NCBI RefSeq assembly: GCF_006345805.1 | Contig: NC_043015.1 | Location: 2,666,001 to 2,730,000 of the forward strand | Origin: Octopus sinensis | Taxonomy: Eukaryota | DNA length: 64,000 nt | Reading direction: 5' to 3' | Shown here: positions 13,301 through 25,829 of the stretch, piece after piece | Layout: each line of letters opens with the position of its first letter | Position numbering within the stretch: the stretch's first letter is position 1 | The notes under the pieces: model-generated | The model's database searches: none | The model's input: the letters and a program-made list of their open reading frames with translations, nothing else | What the model was told of the DNA's origin: nothing | Program-made: the position numbers and the translations under genes

Positions 13301-13727
13301 AATCATTAAAAACATTGGAGAATCTTCCAAAAATTTCCTTCCCTTCCAAATAGTATGCGTAGTGTGACATCTAAGAAAAACAAGATAATGATATTTTTTC
13401 TTATCATCTCCTTGAAATTTTTGACACTTTCTTGCCAACGCTTCGTAAAATACTCGAATTGTATTATTCATGAATGCAGCTCACGTGACAATAATTGCGG
13501 ACACAATATTTGAGAAAATAAAATAAAAATTACATACTGACAAAATTTGAATAAAGAAAAAAAATATTCTTATACTAGAATTGTGAAGAACTTAAACAAT
13601 TTTCTTTCAACTAGAATTTGACCGCGTGTTTTATTTTATACTAATTGTTCCAAGACATGATTGCCGACTGGTCTCGTGGTATGCTATGTTTTGTGTTCTC
13701 TGATACACATATATCGATAATGTCATA

Positions 13728-13805
<78 letters not shown>

Positions 13806-13814
13806 TACACAGTT

Positions 13815-14794
13815 TTTGATGGTATGTTTGTTGTTGCAGATACGTTTGCTGGTAGGTCTGAGGTGTTGATTTCAAACTTGTAAAATATTCCAATTTTCAC
13901 AGTCTCAAATGTCCAGTTTTCAATATTTCCGGAAGTGTCACAATTTCTATAAATATATTTGGCGCATTAAATGCCGACCCCTGTATGGGGCTTTCAGATG
14001 ACGGAGAAAATATAGATTTTCAATATTATTTATAGTACAGGAAATTACAAACGTAAAACCAATAGTTATGATTTGAGTATCTTTAGCGCATATGAAATTC
14101 AAACTTGAGCTACTTTCACTATTTTGAATGTAATGTGTTTTGTGATGATAACGGAAATGTCTTAATACAGTTAAATATCAATACATCACACCCTTCATAT
14201 TCTTAATATGAAGTAACATGGGTTATTGTGATATTTTGCGAGTTCTATTCAAGACTTTCATGGAATATATGTTAATTCTGGAACTTTTCCACCACAAATC
14301 TACAATCGCTTAATTTATAGCTGTCCTGAAAATACTTAATAACAATTCTGAAAATACTTTTCCCAGGGGATATAACATACCGAAATGCCCATCGATATAT
14401 TTGAATTGGCCTTGTGGATGTATGTTTGCCTATGAACTCTAACCTACTATAGTTTTAAAAATTGAACTTGGGACGTACATTGTGTGAGGGGTGTAAACAG
14501 TTCCTTTTAATGATATTTATAAACGTTTGATAAAACATTCTTAGTCGTTTGATATTTTATCTCAGTTCATTGTTTTTGTAGTATGGCACATATTTGAATA
14601 TTTAGTCGTTTACTTTGCTGTTTGATAGGCGGTTCTATTTGTATTGTATTCAAATATATATTTTTATCTTCTGTGTTTTATGTGTATGTATATCTGTTTA
14701 TACAATGGTGATATTTATATATGATTAAATGTTCGAGGTATGATGAAATATATTACGTCGTCGACCCGAATTTAGCGTTTGTTCTGTGACCAAT

Positions 14795-14854
<60 letters not shown>

Positions 14855-15515
14855 TACGTCCCAAGTTCAATTTTTAAAACTATAGTAGGTTAGATTTCAT
14901 AGGCAAACATACATCCACAAGGTCAATTCAAATATATCGATGGGCATTTCGGTATGTTATATCCCCCGGGAAAAGTATTTTCAGAATTGTTATAATTTTT
15001 TTTCAGAACAGCTATAAATTAAGCGATTGTAGATTTGTGGTGGAAAAGTTCCAGAATTAACATCGATTCCCGGAAATTCTTGAATAGAACTCGCATGATA
15101 TCACAATAGCCCAAGTTACTTCATATTAAGAATATGAAGGGAGTTATGTATTGATATTTAACTGTATTAAGACATTTCTGTTATCATCACAAAACACATT
15201 ACATTCAAAATAGTGAAAGTAGCTCAAGTTTGAATTTAATATTCGCTAAATATACTCAAGTCATAACTATTGGTTTTACGTTTGTAATTTCCTGTTCTAT
15301 AAATAATATTGAAAATCTATATTTTCTTCGTCATCTGAAAGCCCCATACAGGGGTCGGCATTTAATGCGCCAAATATATCTATAGAAATAGTGACACTTC
15401 CGGAAATATTGGAAACTGTAGATTTGAGCTTGTGAGAATTGGAATATTTTGAAATCAACACCTCAGATCTACCAGGAAACGTATCTGCAACAACAAACAT
15501 AACATCAAAATCTAT
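13815..15515. repeat. long inverted repeat, arms of about 670 bp (13815-14483 and 14850-15515)
   Basis: Arms are reverse complements at roughly 90% identity by eye; the spacer of about 365 bp ends in (TA)n. Confidence 0.92.
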
Positions 15516-15823
15516 GTTTTGTGTGAATTTATAAACTGAAAAGAAAACGAACTATACGATATTGTTTATAAGTCATATATTTACAGAGTATTACATTTCA
15601 TGCATATGAAGTGATTCTTTGATATATGCAAACTACATAAACAGGATTTATTATGCAATTGTCAGAAATCTAATCATGTCAACTTTCATGTGTTACGTCA
15701 ATGGATACAGAAGGCGATAGAATTTGCATTATGTAGTTAATTGGTTACGTTAATGATACCTAAGTTCGAGGGTGTAATAGAAACGACACAGCAGTACTCG
15801 TAAACATATTCTCATATTTTGTT

Positions 15824-15857
<34 letters not shown>

Positions 15858-18800
15858 AAGTATTAAGACGACAGGCCTTAATGCAATGCGATCGTTTCAA
15901 GCCACTCCATTTAATTGAGCATTGCAAACATTACATCAACTTAAAAAGATATCTGGCTTCAGTTTCACAAACTGTACATTTTCAAGATAATATGATTTTT
16001 CTCAAATATTTTATCACAGTTACAGAATGAAAGAATATCATGTTGCCACCATTGCAAGAAGAATAAGCTAAGAGAAAAACAATATAGTGTTGGAGTGTTG
16101 GAGTAGCAGAAATGGATCACAGTGGGTGTGATGGGATTGTAATTCATTTCTAAATTTGGTATTCGCTTTCTTATCATTAACAGAAGTTCTAAGGCTAGTA
16201 TACTGTGTCCATTGATAATAACGAGCATTACGAGTTATCAGTTCAGAAACGGCACTGATCATAAATACTATTATATGCTTTCCCTAATCTTAATTTCTTA
16301 TGGACATAAGTATCTCTTAAAGTATAGAGAAACAAACTTAATAAGGATTCATTTAGATAATAGTAAATACCCATAAAACGAGCTAGGGTAGTGGTGGCAT
16401 AAACGCTTTTCATTAATTGCAGATAAACGAACTAGAAAAATATTTGCTGCACAGAGAGAAAAATAATTTAAGACCGCAAGACAAATGGAAAGATACAAAA
16501 TATAAAGATTAATCACAAACCCGATTTCATTGTTACCACTAACTTAATACTTACGTAAATGCCCCCAATTCATCAGTGTGATCGCCATAGCAAAATAGAA
16601 TTTGCAGAACTATACAGGAGACGTCCGCATGAGATGGAACATGCATTTAGTTCTACCAATTACATATGTGTGTGTGTGTGTGTCTGTGTGTGCGCATGTG
16701 TGTGCATGTGCGTGTGTGCTTTGATACCCTGGTATTGGAATCAGCTAAAGATACGATAGTTTGACCAAATGAACCGGCTATTGAAAGCAAAATTAAATAT
16801 CGAAAAAAAATCACATTTTGCCAAATTTGGACATACGGTAGTTTATCATGATAGCAACGATATAAAATATTTTATGTAACAATCAAACAGCATTTCATAA
16901 CAGACGGTACAAATTTTAAAATTGAAATGAGAATACAGGAGTTCGAAATACTGCGTACGCGGCAGAGCATTTGAGCCTGATATTGCAGATGACACATATA
17001 TAAATCATATATAAATACCCAAGATTAACCGGGACAAGCCCGGCACGTAAGTATGAAACTGGTAGAAGACTTCAACTAAAAAAAAATGATATCATATTTG
17101 GTACAGGCAGTCATCTATTCCCTTATCTTAGCAGCAGCCCTGTGTCAACTTAGCCTTTTGTAATATCCCTTTTCAAGGCGGACTACCATTTATTGTTAAT
17201 AATGCCCTCTTCAACGCCCTTTTAACTAAACCACAAAGTTGCTGATTGAAGTTTGGCGCTCCGGGACTGACAGGTTTAAATTCCAGTAACTGGGCCCCTG
17301 TCTATGGAACATGTCTAAGTTGCTGCACATGTCACATATTTGTTGTATATATATCGACAACTTAAATTGTGGACAACCTGATATTTCCTTATCTGCGTCC
17401 CTGCAGAAAATATTATCTAGATACGATCTCAATGATATGATTTGGTTTGATCAGGTACATTAGAAATACTCCGGTCGATACCTGCCAGCGGCCTCTTCCT
17501 GCACGACTGGTAGATGCCTATACATGATGGAACCCAAAAATGATTTTGAAACATTGGTATTCAAAGACTGAAGACGTACTGATCAACATCGACGTTCAGT
17601 GACGTGAGTTCGTTGAGGACGTGAGCAAACTTCCAGGGCAACCCATGGATACATGCACTCAATGTGTGTATTCCGATCAAGGACATGCTATTGGGATAAG
17701 GGAGGAAATGATATGTTAGTTAGTTAATTTTTTGGCTCAAAAAGCAAAAAGCAAGGCCATGTAGGGGGACATGGAGTTATGTACAAGGTGGTGTTTATGT
17801 AAAGCGTTCAGGCCACTTGTGGTCAAGGGAGACTTTGAACCGAACGGTCATCGGCATCTTCACTATGGGAAACTTGTGCTTGTATGAAGGAGCATTTTGT
17901 CCGTTTCTCCAGTTTGAATGGACTCTTTCCACCAACAGATCACCAATTATTAGCTAGTATGTATAAGTTTTCTGCTGTACGAATGCCTTCTATGAGTGTC
18001 GAAATGGGTATCGTGGGTGTTATAAAATCCATAAAATACGTCGCTTTTATGCTACCGTGTGTTATGCAGCAGATGAAAATTGCATTGTATGGTGCTTCTA
18101 GTGCTACTTTCTTTAGTTTGTTGCTGAGATTGTTTTTGTGTATATGATATGGTTTGTGCGCGTGGAGCTGTTGGTCGTAGAAGTGATTTGTGTTTGCAAC
18201 AGCAGTGTTGATGTAATTTTTGCTTCCTGTGTTTTATGCCTTAACATTCTATTTTTTGGGGGGCGTCTCTACTGTTTGTGTTGATGGGGTTTGTTCGCTA
18301 ATATACATTTTTATTTCGGTCCTATCCCTCCTTTATTTTTTATCTTCCATTGCTCATCCTGATCAGACGGTAGCATAAAAGCGACGCATTCCATGTCTGA
18401 CCGCTCAGAAACGGGATGAGGAAAGTCTTATTCTGGAAGTTAAGATCTGACTGGAGAAATCAGACTATTGATTGTTGCTATGGTAAGAATTGGGGTTACA
18501 GTGGCTGTTGTTGTTAGATTCTTTATTGCTTCTATTGATGTATTGACTGGTGTTTTTGGTAATGTGTGCTGTTGCATATAGGGCGCTGGTGGCTCTACTT
18601 GATGGGATTCTTTAATGCTTAGAAAAGAGCCTCTTTTTCTCCTTCAGTTCCTAGGTCAGTGATCGAAAGTGAGATGACCTTCCGTCCTTTCACTGAAGAG
18701 TGTATAACGATGTCATCTTGGAGATGTTGGTGTGCGTGGAATCAATACGTTTTGAACAATTTTCCGTTTTATTCTTGTTGACATCGAGGATATTTGTGTT

Positions 18801-19216
18801 TTCCTAGATGTCTACCTTGAAGAATATTCCTCGTCGTCTTATGTTTATGTTCTGAATACATTAATGAAATTTGCCTAAAAGGAAATTTGCCTAAAATTAA
18901 AGTGAGCGTAGAGTCATGCTAATTAGTGTATACCCAGCTGTGATCTCATTTTATCGCATTCAATTTGAATTTATTCCTCCTGAACATTTTTATCGCCTTT
19001 CCGTTTGGAAAGATGATGGTAACGTAAAGGACGCAAACAAATAAAAGTGTCCACACGTTCTCTGTACATTAAATTAATGATCACTTCACCTCGTTGCATT
19101 ACATGTTGAATTTCTATTCTCTAACTCACCACCTGCCGAGCAACGGTGTCGCTTTTGAAATAATCTGCAGTTATGGATTTTTCTACAACGTCCAGATGGT
19201 ATATCCACCATATAAA

Positions 19217-19457
19217 GGCGACGAGCTGGCAGAAACGTTAGCACGCCGAGCGAAATGCTTAGCGGTATTTCGTCTGCCTTTACGTTCTGAGTTCAAATTC
19301 CGCCGAGGTCGACTTTGCCTTTCATCCTTTCGGGGTCGATAAATTAAATACCAGTTATGCACTGGGGTCGATGTAATCGACTTAATCCCTTTGCCTGTCC
19401 TTCTTTGCCCCCCGCCCCCTGTGTTTAGGCCCTCGTGGGTAGTAAAGAAATAGGTAT
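19217..19457 (+). mobile_element. tRNA-derived SINE, family A (full length)
   Basis: ggcgacgagctggcagaaacgttagc...gagttcaaattccgccgaggtcgactttgcctttcatcctttcggggtcgataaa...gtagtaaagaaataggtat. Confidence 0.92.
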
Positions 19458-20854
19458 ATCCACTTCTGCTGCCGTATGATAACATTGTGTTTATATGCTC
19501 TTAATATCAAGTGTAACTTATTTTCTGCGACACACCATTCAAGGAATGTCTCGCGAGTTGCATATAACTTTTGAATAGCCATCCATGTGTGTACCCAATA
19601 TAAATTTCATATTTATCCAGTCACCTACGGACTGCATGTGTATTTCTGCCACCCATTCATTTTTTTGTAAGCTGTTGTTTCACACCTGTATGAGCTTGGT
19701 ACCAAAACTTGTTTGATTTACACATGTATAATTTTTCCCTATGGACACATCCGTGGTGCATCTCTCTGCTCCAGTGTTTACTTCAAACGAGATTTAATCA
19801 ACAGGACACGTGTATCTATATAGTTTCACCTGGTGTAGTTGTTCACATTCTGCTGCATTTCGGTCAGGACACACTCCCCCACTACTTTCAAAGACAGAGA
19901 ATCATTTATACTATTTTCTTTCCTTTTACCCCTCCGTCAGCTTTCTATATATTTCTAAGAAACATTTTTCTCCTGACCTCTTCGCACGTTTTCCCATACG
20001 ATTGCCTCATGTTAAAGAGCCTTCACATGACAAAATGTTACTTAACCATAAACGATGTGGCTGTTGTTGTTGCTGCTGTTGTTGTTGTTGTTGGTATTCT
20101 TCTTGTTGTTGTTGATGATATTGTTATTGGTATTGTCATTAATGTTCATGACGTTTATATTATTATTGCATTTTTTTCTTCAATTATATTAATGTTTTAA
20201 ACACTATAATGTTTTGTAATTTCAATTGTGCCACTGAAATTGTTTACGCTTGAAGCACTGTCTGTTTATTTAATTTTCACTTTTTATGTTTTCTTTAATT
20301 CTGTTTTCGGGTTTGAATATAATTGGGAGATGAATGTCGTGTTCGTTCATGTTATTTAGCTATCACGATTACCACTGTGGTACTTCAGAAGCTGTTTCTA
20401 TCCACCGCAAATCAATACATCCCCCTACTATGCTAAAGTATATGACATTTTAGAAAACAAATATCTACACAAAACAGCGTTTCCTCTCTACATTAACAGG
20501 GACACTTAAATGCCTTTAAAGTTGTTGTTGATAAAAGGAAGGAATAATATGATTTATTCGCCAAACAATCCTGAAATATAAGAACATCGCTACGCCATAC
20601 GAAGAATACTAAGAAAACTAACAAGCTCAACATTGTCCATGCGGCCTATAAGACTAACAATTACCAGTGCTAGCTCCTGCATCACAACTACCACGGCCAC
20701 CAAGACCCCAGCACCAGCACCACCACAAAACCAAAAACAACAACAACACAATAACAACAGCAACAATACCTGTTAGAGCATCGACAAACCAATTTACGGT
20801 GCCATCCGTCACCACCCACTAGCATTTTTAACAAAATACTCGTGGTCAACTTAC

Positions 20855-21062
20855 ACGTCAATTTCGCTTTGCAAAAATGCTACTACGTACATCCGGCACT
20901 GCAATGAATCCATTTCAACTTTAGATGCTTTCCCCAAATTGTCTTCCGTTATACCATTTTCAATTAAAATATTCATGTCCTTAGATCTGTATACTCTCAA
21001 ATTTTTGAAAGGTATAACTGGTACCATGTAAGGCTCTCGAAATCGTTGTAGTGTGACGCTGC
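20855..21062 (-). CDS. candidate internal exon of an unidentified host gene (208 nt, phase 1 to 2)
   Basis: Acceptor ttattttgctcacag and donor GT|GTAAGT; only one open frame, GSVTLQRFREPYMVPVIPFKNLRVY...FLQSEIDV; no homology recognised. Confidence 0.3.
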
Positions 21063-21141
21063 CTGTGAGCAAAATAATCTTTCACAGAATTCTTATAATT
21101 TTGGTTTTGTAAGTTACTCTTTAATATTTTATTTCCATTAA

Positions 21142-21234
<93 letters not shown>

Positions 21235-21709
21235 AGTAAAATGTGAAAAAACTACAGAAGGCTTGTTTTAAAAGGTTAAAAAATATATATTTGAGTCAAT
21301 ATATCTGAAGAATATTATACATTTTTTCTTACAATGACATGTTTAGAAGAAAGACCGGTTTCGCGTTTAGCTTTTCAGGTTTCTTACGTCGTTATGTTTA
21401 TGTTGAGAAGAGTTATCGTTATGTTTATGTTCAAAAGAGTTCTAGAAAAGGGGAGGTAATAAGTGATTTCTTCCGGTGTAAGGAAGATAATCGTTTATCC
21501 AGAACTCTTTTGAACATAAACATAATGATAACTCTTCTCCACATAAACATAACGACGTAAGAAATTTGAAAAGCTAAACGCGAAACCGGTCTTTCTTCTA
21601 AACTGTCATTGTAAGAAAAACAATTCTAATATTCTCCAGACATATTGACTCAAATATATATTTTTTAACCTTTTAAAACAAGCCTTCTGTAGTTTTTTCA
21701 CTTTTTACT
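21235..21709. mobile_element. fold-back element, arms of about 209 bp (21235-21443 and 21501-21709)
   Basis: Near-perfect reverse-complement arms with a 57-bp spacer. Each arm has a duplicated 27-bp subrepeat and a hammerhead-like motif (21559-21597 +, 21347-21385 -). Confidence 0.88.
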
Positions 21710-21759
21710 TTTTTCTATGTACTCAACAACGTGCTTTCACAAACCAGCTTTCTTATCTA

Positions 21760-21814
<55 letters not shown>

Positions 21815-21849
21815 TGTGTGTGTGTGTGTGTGTGTGTATATATTAACTT

Positions 21850-21882
<33 letters not shown>

Positions 21883-21892
21883 ATATATATTA

Positions 21893-21937
<45 letters not shown>

Positions 21938-22334
21938 AGATAGATAAAAAGACAGACATATATATAATATATACATACATACATACACACGTACATACAT
22001 AAATATATACATACATATAATTTCAATTTTTTTGTGTTACCAGCTCTTAATGTTTTAATACATTTAATATATACTTTTGCTTTAGGTGACATTAACGTAA
22101 CGACACATCTGTTTGTCTGAATGCATAGATACTTGGGGCAAATAAGAAAATGAGCCATTATTATTACTACCGTTATACAGTAAAATCGAACAGGAACCAA
22201 CAGAAAACAAGAATGCAAGAGAAAACGTAAAGAAAACAAGATTAAAATAGATGACCATGTGATTATGATTAACAAAGAGAAAAATATAGTCTGAGGTCAA
22301 TAAGCCCAAAAAATAAAGTATAAAGTGAACCCAG

Positions 22335-22901
22335 GTGCGGATGCTCCTACCGGCACCAAAAGCCATGGACATGGAGATGAAGAAGCCAAAAAAAAGAGGA
22401 AAAACTGAAGCTAAAACTCAGACAAAGCCAAGGGGCAAGGCAGCCAGGGATAGAGGCAAACCTAACTATCCATATGCCAAAGAGGATGGAAACAAGCAGC
22501 GCACACGGGTATGTAGGTTCTACCTGAGAGGTGCCTGCCGGCATGGAGAGGAAGGTACAGGCTGCCGCTTTGCACACCCGGGACCCTGCCACAGAAACCA
22601 ACCACCGAAAGGAAATGGGATGGACCACCCATCACCTACCCCAAAACGGAGGTACGCAGATGTGGTGCGTACCACAAACAACCAACGTGTTGTTGAAAGG
22701 GCAGCTGCTGAGCAGGAATCTTTTTTGTGCATGGCACAAAAGATTGTACAGCAGCTAACCTGGCTCCATCAGGCTCAGGCTCGCAGATGGAACTGCCCAC
22801 GGTTCACAAGACCGCCACAGCAGATGGACCCAGGGTGGACACCGCCGGCAACAGCATACACCTCACCTCGATGCTCCTACTGTACATCAGAGGACTACTA
22901 A
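22335..22901 (+). CDS. LINE ORF1 (probably 5'-truncated), Lys-rich, with CCCH zinc finger
   Basis: C-x7-C-x8-C-x3-H: CRFYLRGACRHGEEGTGCRFAH at 22512-22577. In-frame TGA at 22326-22328 lies at the element junction. Confidence 0.8.
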   Translation: MRMLLPAPKAMDMEMKKPKKRGKTEAKTQTKPRGKAARDRGKPNYPYAKEDGNKQRTRVCRFYLRGACRHGEEGTGCRFAHPGPCHRNQPPKGNGMDHPSPTPKRRYADVVRTTNNQRVVERAAAEQESFLCMAQKIVQQLTWLHQAQARRWNCPRFTRPPQQMDPGWTPPATAYTSPRCSYCTSEDY

Positions 22902-24931
22902 CACACAGTAACAGGACAAAAGTCCTGTTCCTGAGAGACTTTGTCGCATGCAATCAAGCCTTATGCATAACACTCACAGAAACGCATCTGAAACCGGACA
23001 TAGCAGATGCGGAATTACACATACCACAGTATGTTGTACTACGGACCGACAGGAAAGAAAGGAGTCATGGAGGAGTTGCTATGTACATACGTGGGGACCT
23101 CACACCCCAGGTCCTTTTGTCATACTCAAACTCGGTGTGTGACACACTAATTGTACACATAAGGCAACTTGATGTAGTTGTGTGTGCTACATATCGCCCT
23201 CCAGATGCCCCAAGTCATATGGGCAAGTTTGAGGACTGCCTTTTAAAAATAGAAGAAGTTCTAACCACATTAGAACAACACATAAGTGTACTCCTCATGG
23301 GAGACTTCAATCTACCGAATGTCAGATGGCCCGAGGGCCTTTCTCTCCCAGGAATGACAAGATGTGAACGAGGACAGGCGAGGTCCCTCCTGAACCTCAC
23401 CAACACCCTGTACATGGAGCAAGTAATACTCCAACCAACCAGAGCAGGTAACACACTGGATCTCTGCTTCACAAATAATATGGATCTCATCCATAATGTG
23501 AAAGTGACACCGACACTACTCTCGGATCACAACATGGTAGAGCTGACCATGTACGGGCCAAAAGAGAGCACGGACATGCAGCCTACAAGAAACCCTCAGA
23601 ATCTTTCCAGCTTGAACTTCAATAAGGCAAACTGGAAACAAATTGAGAAAGAGATCCTCAAACAAAACTGGCCTGAATGTCTCTCCTCGCCGGACATCGA
23701 CATGATACTTCAACAATTCATGTCTGTAATGCAAGCCATATGCTACAAATGTGTCCCAGAGAGGAAGGCCACTGTACACAAGAACAAAATCCCCAGAGAG
23801 AGGAAAATTTTAATGAGACGGCGTACAGAAATTTCAAATCGCCTAAACAAACAAATTGAAAGCAGTGAAAAGTCCCGCCTGAAAATAAAACTGTTGGAAA
23901 TTGAAAATTGTCTGCAACTCTCTCATGAGAAGGAAAGAACAGACAAAGAAGCCTGGGCTATAGACAACATAAAAACTAACCCCAGAGCTTTCTACAGGTA
24001 TGCCAAAGAAACAGCTACGGTGCACTGTAGGATAGGGCCACTCCTTGAAAAGGATGGCACACTCACAGGAAAACCAATGAGGGTAAGTGAAATACTGAAT
24101 GAACAATTCAAGAGTGTTTTCACTCCACCCCTTGGGCATTTCCAAATCAGCAATCCAACTGACTTCTTTACCACTGCAGATATAGAATCAGAGGCGGCGA
24201 CGATAAATTACATCGATATAAAGGAAGACGATGTAATAAAGGCTATAGATGAAGTGAAAACAGACTCAGCTATTGGCCCCGATGGATTCCCGGCAATCCT
24301 CCTAAAAGTATGTAAGAGAGTCTTAGCAAGACCACTGCAGTTCCTCTTTCAGAGCTTCCTTGCAGCTGGCAAACTTCCAAGAAAACTGAAGGAAGGTAAA
24401 ATATGCCCTATTCATAAAGGAGGTAGCAGAGCGGAGGCTAAGAACTACAGACCTATCTCTCTGACCTCACACATCAGCAAGGTCATGGAACGAATAGTCA
24501 GAAGGAAACTAATCACCTTCCTTGAAGAAAATAACTTGCTGCCTGACACCCAACATGGTTTCCGACCAGGAAGAAGCTGCTTAACTCAGCTCCTGCAGCA
24601 CTATGACTGGGTGCTGAAACAACTGCTCAACCACTCAAATGTGGAAGTCATATATCTCGACTTCGCAAAGGCCTTCGATAAAGTCGATCATGGAATGATA
24701 TGTCACAAACTGCGTGATCTTGGCATAGTTGGAAAACTAGGAGAATGGCTTCACGACTTTCTGAAGAATAGAAGTCAGGTGGTTGTAGCCAATGGGGCCA
24801 CTTCCATTAGCACGCAAATAGTGAGCGGTGTTCCACAGGGCACTGTTTTGGGACCACTACTGTTCATAATGGTCCTCTTCAGACATTCCCTCAGCCACGC
24901 GGAGAGCCACGATCACAAGTTATGCAGATGA
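22727..24931 (+). pseudogene. LINE ORF2 part 1: APE endonuclease and RT domains up to QG (first ATG at 22870)
   Basis: APE motifs ETHL, YRPP, GDFNLP, LDLCF, SDHN; RT motifs GPDG, NYRPISLTS, QHGFR, YLDFAKAFDKVDH, GVPQGTVLGPLLF; frame lost at about 24878. Confidence 0.95.
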
Positions 24932-25829
24932 TACAAAAGTTTCACAGGCAATACAGAACCCTGAAGACACTAAGCACCTGCAATATGAGCTGGACGAAAT
25001 ATACAAGTGGGCTGAAAAGAATAGCATGCAGTTCAATGCTGAAAAGTTTCAAGCTTTCTACTATCAGCATGCAAAACTGAATGCAATACCCAAGGAATAC
25101 ACTGGACCCGGAGGGATTGCAATCCCAGAGGCACAATCAGTGCGTGACCTGGGTATTCACATGAGTGATGACGCGACCTTTCATGTACATGTTGCTAAAC
25201 TGACAATGAAATGCAGACTGGCTGGCTGGATTCTTAGAACCTTTAGAACAAAAGAACAAGAAACCATGATGGTCCTCTGGAAGACACTTGTCCTAAGCCA
25301 CTTTGACTATTGCTCTCAGCTATGGTCACGATCCAGTGTCAAGTTGATCACAGAACTTGAGGCGATCCAACGAAGCTACACGAAGAAGATAGCCTCTATG
25401 CAGAATGTAAGCTACTGGGAAAGACTCAAGAGATTAAAATTATATTCCCTGGAGCGTAGGCGGGAAAGATATGCCATAATATACATCTGGAAGATCCTGG
25501 AGGGAAGTGTCCTGAACTTTGGCATCGAGAGTTACGCAAATGCCAGAACTGGGCGCCACTGCGTGGTGCCTAGGACTCCAAACTTGCCATCAAGATGTAG
25601 GACCAGATTCTGTGATAGCCTGGGCTTCCGAGGCCCACAGCTCTTCAATATCCTCCCGAAGACCCTGAGAGACCTGCATGGGGTGGATAAAGATGTCTTT
25701 AAAATGGGGCTGGATCTCTTCCTGTCAGGTGTCCCAGATGAACCAACTTCGCGGCAGGAGGGGCAGATGAGGGCAGCTGCATCGAACTCTCTCATGCACC
25801 AAATAGCAGTTGCTAGAAAGCCTCCATGA
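24879..25829 (+). pseudogene. LINE ORF2 part 2: YADD catalytic motif, thumb and C-terminus
   Basis: The shifted frame reads SDIPSATRRATITSYADDTKV (YADD at 24921-24932) and continues without stops into ORF 25026-25829 (DLGI, SLERRRER, VPDEP). Confidence 0.93.

Noticed and set aside
19217-19310. tRNA genes
   Set aside because: The A/B boxes belong to SINE heads; there is no cloverleaf and they are followed by SINE bodies.
22322-22330. agtgaa at both LINE ends as a possible TSD
   Set aside because: Only 6 bp and offset by one base at the 3' end; not distinguishable from chance.
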